From Thermoplasmata archaeon (GTDB lineage: Archaea; Thermoplasmatota; Thermoplasmata; Thermoplasmatales; Thermoplasmataceae): DNA of 64,000 bases. How positions within the stretch are numbered: the stretch's first letter is position 1; the number at the start of each line of letters is the position of its first letter. The notes under the pieces are model-generated. The model saw nothing but the letters and a program-made list of their open reading frames with translations. It did no database searches and had not been told where the DNA came from. Position numbers and translations under genes: made by a program. Below are positions 61,494 to 64,000 of the stretch, in pieces. The stretch covers positions 42,536 to 106,535 of the forward strand of contig JAKAVO010000001.1 in assembly GCA_021817255.1 (NCBI GenBank), given 5' to 3'.

Positions 61494-61721
61494 TCAGTGC
61501 TCCCGTTTTAAGAGGAATTCCATGGCACCTTCCTTTTTGGACATTTCAATAATTGTTTGGCCTGTTTGTTTCGACCAGGCTTCAAAATCAGACTTTGCTG
61601 CAGGATCATCAACTATGACTCTGAAGGTTTCTCCAATCTCAACAGTCTTTATCGCCTTGTTAGTCTCTATAATCGGCATTGGGCATTGCAAACCTTTAAA
61701 ATTAAGAACTTTTTCATTCAT
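61494..61721 (-). CDS. tusA: TusA family sulfur carrier
   Basis: LNFKGLQCPMPI and DDP....DFEAW motifs; ends 19 bp before the dsrA start. Confidence 0.9.
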   Translation of the reverse strand: MNEKVLNFKGLQCPMPIIETNKAIKTVEIGETFRVIVDDPAAKSDFEAWSKQTGQTIIEMSKKEGAMEFLLKREH

Positions 61722-61808
61722 GGATTGTACTTAAGAGAGTGATATATTAGTAGTTTTGGATTAAAATATTAAGGGGAAAATACTTGTAAAGGATACACTT
61801 AATCATTT

Positions 61809-62249
61809 ATGGCCGAGGAAAAGAATGATTTACAAAAGAAGAGTAAATTAGTAATCGTACTCAGTAAAGGGACGCTGGATGCTGCCTATCCCGCTCTAAT
61901 AATTGCCACATCCGGCGTATCGCTTGGAATGGATGTTTATATGTACTTTACCTTTGGGGGAATGAAATTTCTTACAGAAGGAGAGAGTGAGCAGGTTGGC
62001 CCGTCAAAAGACCTTGGGCTTACAAAAGAACAACTTGAGAGCCTGACCGCAAAGGGGGGAATGCCATCCGTCCAGCAGATGTTGAAAATGGCTGCCGATA
62101 TGGGTGTGCACATTAATGCCTGTTCTCCAACAATGAAACTTTTCGGCACGACTGAGAAGAATCTGATATTGAAGGACACGAACATTGTTGGCGCTACGAC
62201 ATTTCTGGGATGGGCGTCTGATCCTACTGCAATAACACTATTCATTTAG
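61809..62249 (+). CDS. DsrE/DsrF family protein (DsrE2-like)
   Basis: KGTLD.AYP.LI.A, YFTFGG, INACSPTM and VGATTFL motifs. Confidence 0.85.
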   Translation: MAEEKNDLQKKSKLVIVLSKGTLDAAYPALIIATSGVSLGMDVYMYFTFGGMKFLTEGESEQVGPSKDLGLTKEQLESLTAKGGMPSVQQMLKMAADMGVHINACSPTMKLFGTTEKNLILKDTNIVGATTFLGWASDPTAITLFI

Positions 62250-62306
62250 TGTCAATCCAACTTCAAAACAGGGATTGGAATTGAATAGAAAGGGGTGTTA
62301 AAATAT

Positions 62307-62669
62307 ATGGACGAGAAAGCTAATAAAATCGCATTTTTTTCCACTATTTCTCCAGGTGACACGGCAAGAATTGACACTATGCTTGGATATGCGCTTGCAG
62401 GCATAGCCATGGGATATGAAGTTGTCATATTCCTTGCACTTGACTCTGCCCTGGTAGCAAAGAAAGTGATATTTGAAAAGTTAGACACTAAAATAAAAGA
62501 TCGAATAGAGAACTCCATCAATGAAGGCATCAAAATAGGTGTGTGTTCCGCTTCGGCAAAAACCTTCGGAATCGAGGTAAGTGACCTGATAAAAGGGACA
62601 GAGATAGAGGGAATTGCCACATTCTTCGGTTATGCTCAGGATGCAAAGATAGTGCTTTCCTGGAGTTAA
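62307..62669 (+). CDS. DsrE family protein
   Basis: A.GYEV.IFL.LDS, VCSASA and G.ATFF motifs. Confidence 0.8.
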   Translation: MDEKANKIAFFSTISPGDTARIDTMLGYALAGIAMGYEVVIFLALDSALVAKKVIFEKLDTKIKDRIENSINEGIKIGVCSASAKTFGIEVSDLIKGTEIEGIATFFGYAQDAKIVLSWS

Positions 62670-62748
62670 TCAATTTTTTCACGGAAGATCTTGCCGCTTC
62701 CTCTTTTATAAGATCACTTGTTTCTGGACCTTTCGGCCACAGTATGTT

Positions 62749-63339
62749 TTATTTGTTTCTAAGGTAATCCTGCACGATTTTTTCTACACCCCGCCTCATT
62801 ATGTCAGAAAGGCCGGCAGGAGAAATCCCTATCTCCTTGGCCATTGTTGTCAGAGACGTTTTCCTGTCGTGGTCAAAATAACCTTCCTCATAGGCTTTCT
62901 TAATGATTTCCCATTGCCTTTCTGTCAGTTCCATCGAGCTCCTGGAATAAGAACCAAGTATAACCAGTTTCATTCCAATTTTACGGAGCCCTCTTTCCAA
63001 AATTCTTAACTTTCCAGGGCTCTGGATAAGAACTTCGTACACCATATTTCCATCAATTGTTTCCGTACTCAAAACCGGGACTTTCAGGGAAGCAAAATAC
63101 TTGCAAATTAAGCAAGGTTTGGACTCTACCCAGAACCTGTCTTTTCCAACTCTCATAATGTTTTTGGAAAATTTTCTTAGGCTGCATCCCACAGCTTCCG
63201 GGTTAGACTTAGCGACTATACGGTAAAGTGTGAGGTGCTCCCACGAGATCAATCTTTCAACCCTGGCATCTGCTCCGGAAGCGCGTATATGGTTCACAAT
63301 AGGACAGGTCGATCTCATCACCTCGATCAGTGCTATCAT
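62749..63339 (-). CDS. Bacterio-opsin activator-type (HTH_10) transcriptional regulator
   Basis: LTERQ..I...AY..GYFD..RK.SL..MA..IGIS.. motif; N-terminal CP and C..C. Confidence 0.88.
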   Translation of the reverse strand: MIALIEVMRSTCPIVNHIRASGADARVERLISWEHLTLYRIVAKSNPEAVGCSLRKFSKNIMRVGKDRFWVESKPCLICKYFASLKVPVLSTETIDGNMVYEVLIQSPGKLRILERGLRKIGMKLVILGSYSRSSMELTERQWEIIKKAYEEGYFDHDRKTSLTTMAKEIGISPAGLSDIMRRGVEKIVQDYLRNK

Positions 63340-64000
63340 CTCACCATTATTCTTGTTTGGAATCTACACCACCTTCCCACCCTTTGCTTTCATATCGTAA
63401 TTTATTATAAATTCCACAATTCTCGTTATTTCAAATCACCTGAAATATCTTGATCCACGATGATTCCATTTTTTGGTTCACCTTTTCCAACAGATACTAT
63501 CAGGAAAGATGTTAGGATTTCTATGATCTAGAAATTCTAAGATGCCAGTCATCGTAGAATTACTCATTTCCCCCCATCCAGAGGCTCTATATTCGTGCTT
63601 TTGAAGCACTGCTTTTTGTTTATGCCCATTACCCTTTGCTATGCTAATATCATATCATCTTGCTATTTCATTTTTGCTACATCATTATATAACCACATAT
63701 CTGGAGATGTCTTTTGTCAGCTGGTTTCTATCACGGCAATATCAATTCTGCAAGCACCATCCACAACGTTTTTTGTATTCTCCGTGTCGTTGTTTTTGGT
63801 TCCATTTGAAAATTGGAAGAAGCCCATTTTAGAAGTGGAATCAGGCAAATTTATATTGGTCTTATGATGGAAAAAGCCCAGGAGTTCCGGTGTAGAAAAG
63901 AGCAACTTTACATATTAACCATAATGTACTTAAACCGCCAGAATGTACATATTTCGATATAAATGACAGCTAGTGAGGAAAATAAATCGTTTGAAATCAA

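Noticed and set aside
63420-63930. Stop-interrupted minus-strand reading frame, considered as a possible decayed dsrC or other gene
   Set aside because: No DsrC C-terminal Cys motif and no recognisable family; cannot be supported
1-64000. CRISPR array, rRNA, inteins
   Set aside because: No regularly spaced repeats or rRNA-like segments seen; nrdJ, topA and valS have normal lengths with no intein motifs

Overview
Archaeal chromosomal window, most consistent with a Thermoplasmatales (Cuniculiplasma/Thermoplasma-like) genome. Evidence: tricorn protease and an F2/F3-type M1 aminopeptidase, archaeal-type MAT, DTD2, Tsr3, presenilin homolog, class II RNR and GGTGA-type ribosome-binding sites. The first ~42 kb is mostly housekeeping: valS, mat, purH, tri, topA, gad, glyA-pdxT-gcvT, nrdJ, tRNA-Leu(GAG) and metF with a split metE. 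It also holds an uncharacterised three-gene operon (PLP enzyme + DUF1611/DgcN-like + MurL/QueC-like PP-loop protein) just downstream of dtdA, which may be a D-amino-acid pathway. The last ~21 kb is a mosaic accessory region with a pseudogene and an IS110 relic. Its highlight is a dissimilatory sulfite reductase cluster, tusA-dsrA-dsrB-dsrM-dsrK-cobA-sirC, with two divergent dsrE-family genes and no dsrC in the window. A separate dsrE-tusA-sqr operon lies upstream. Three small ORFs below the ORF-track cutoff were found by hand, including a 45-aa protein with 9 Cys. No CRISPR array or rRNA was seen. All calls come from motif recognition by eye; no database searches were run.
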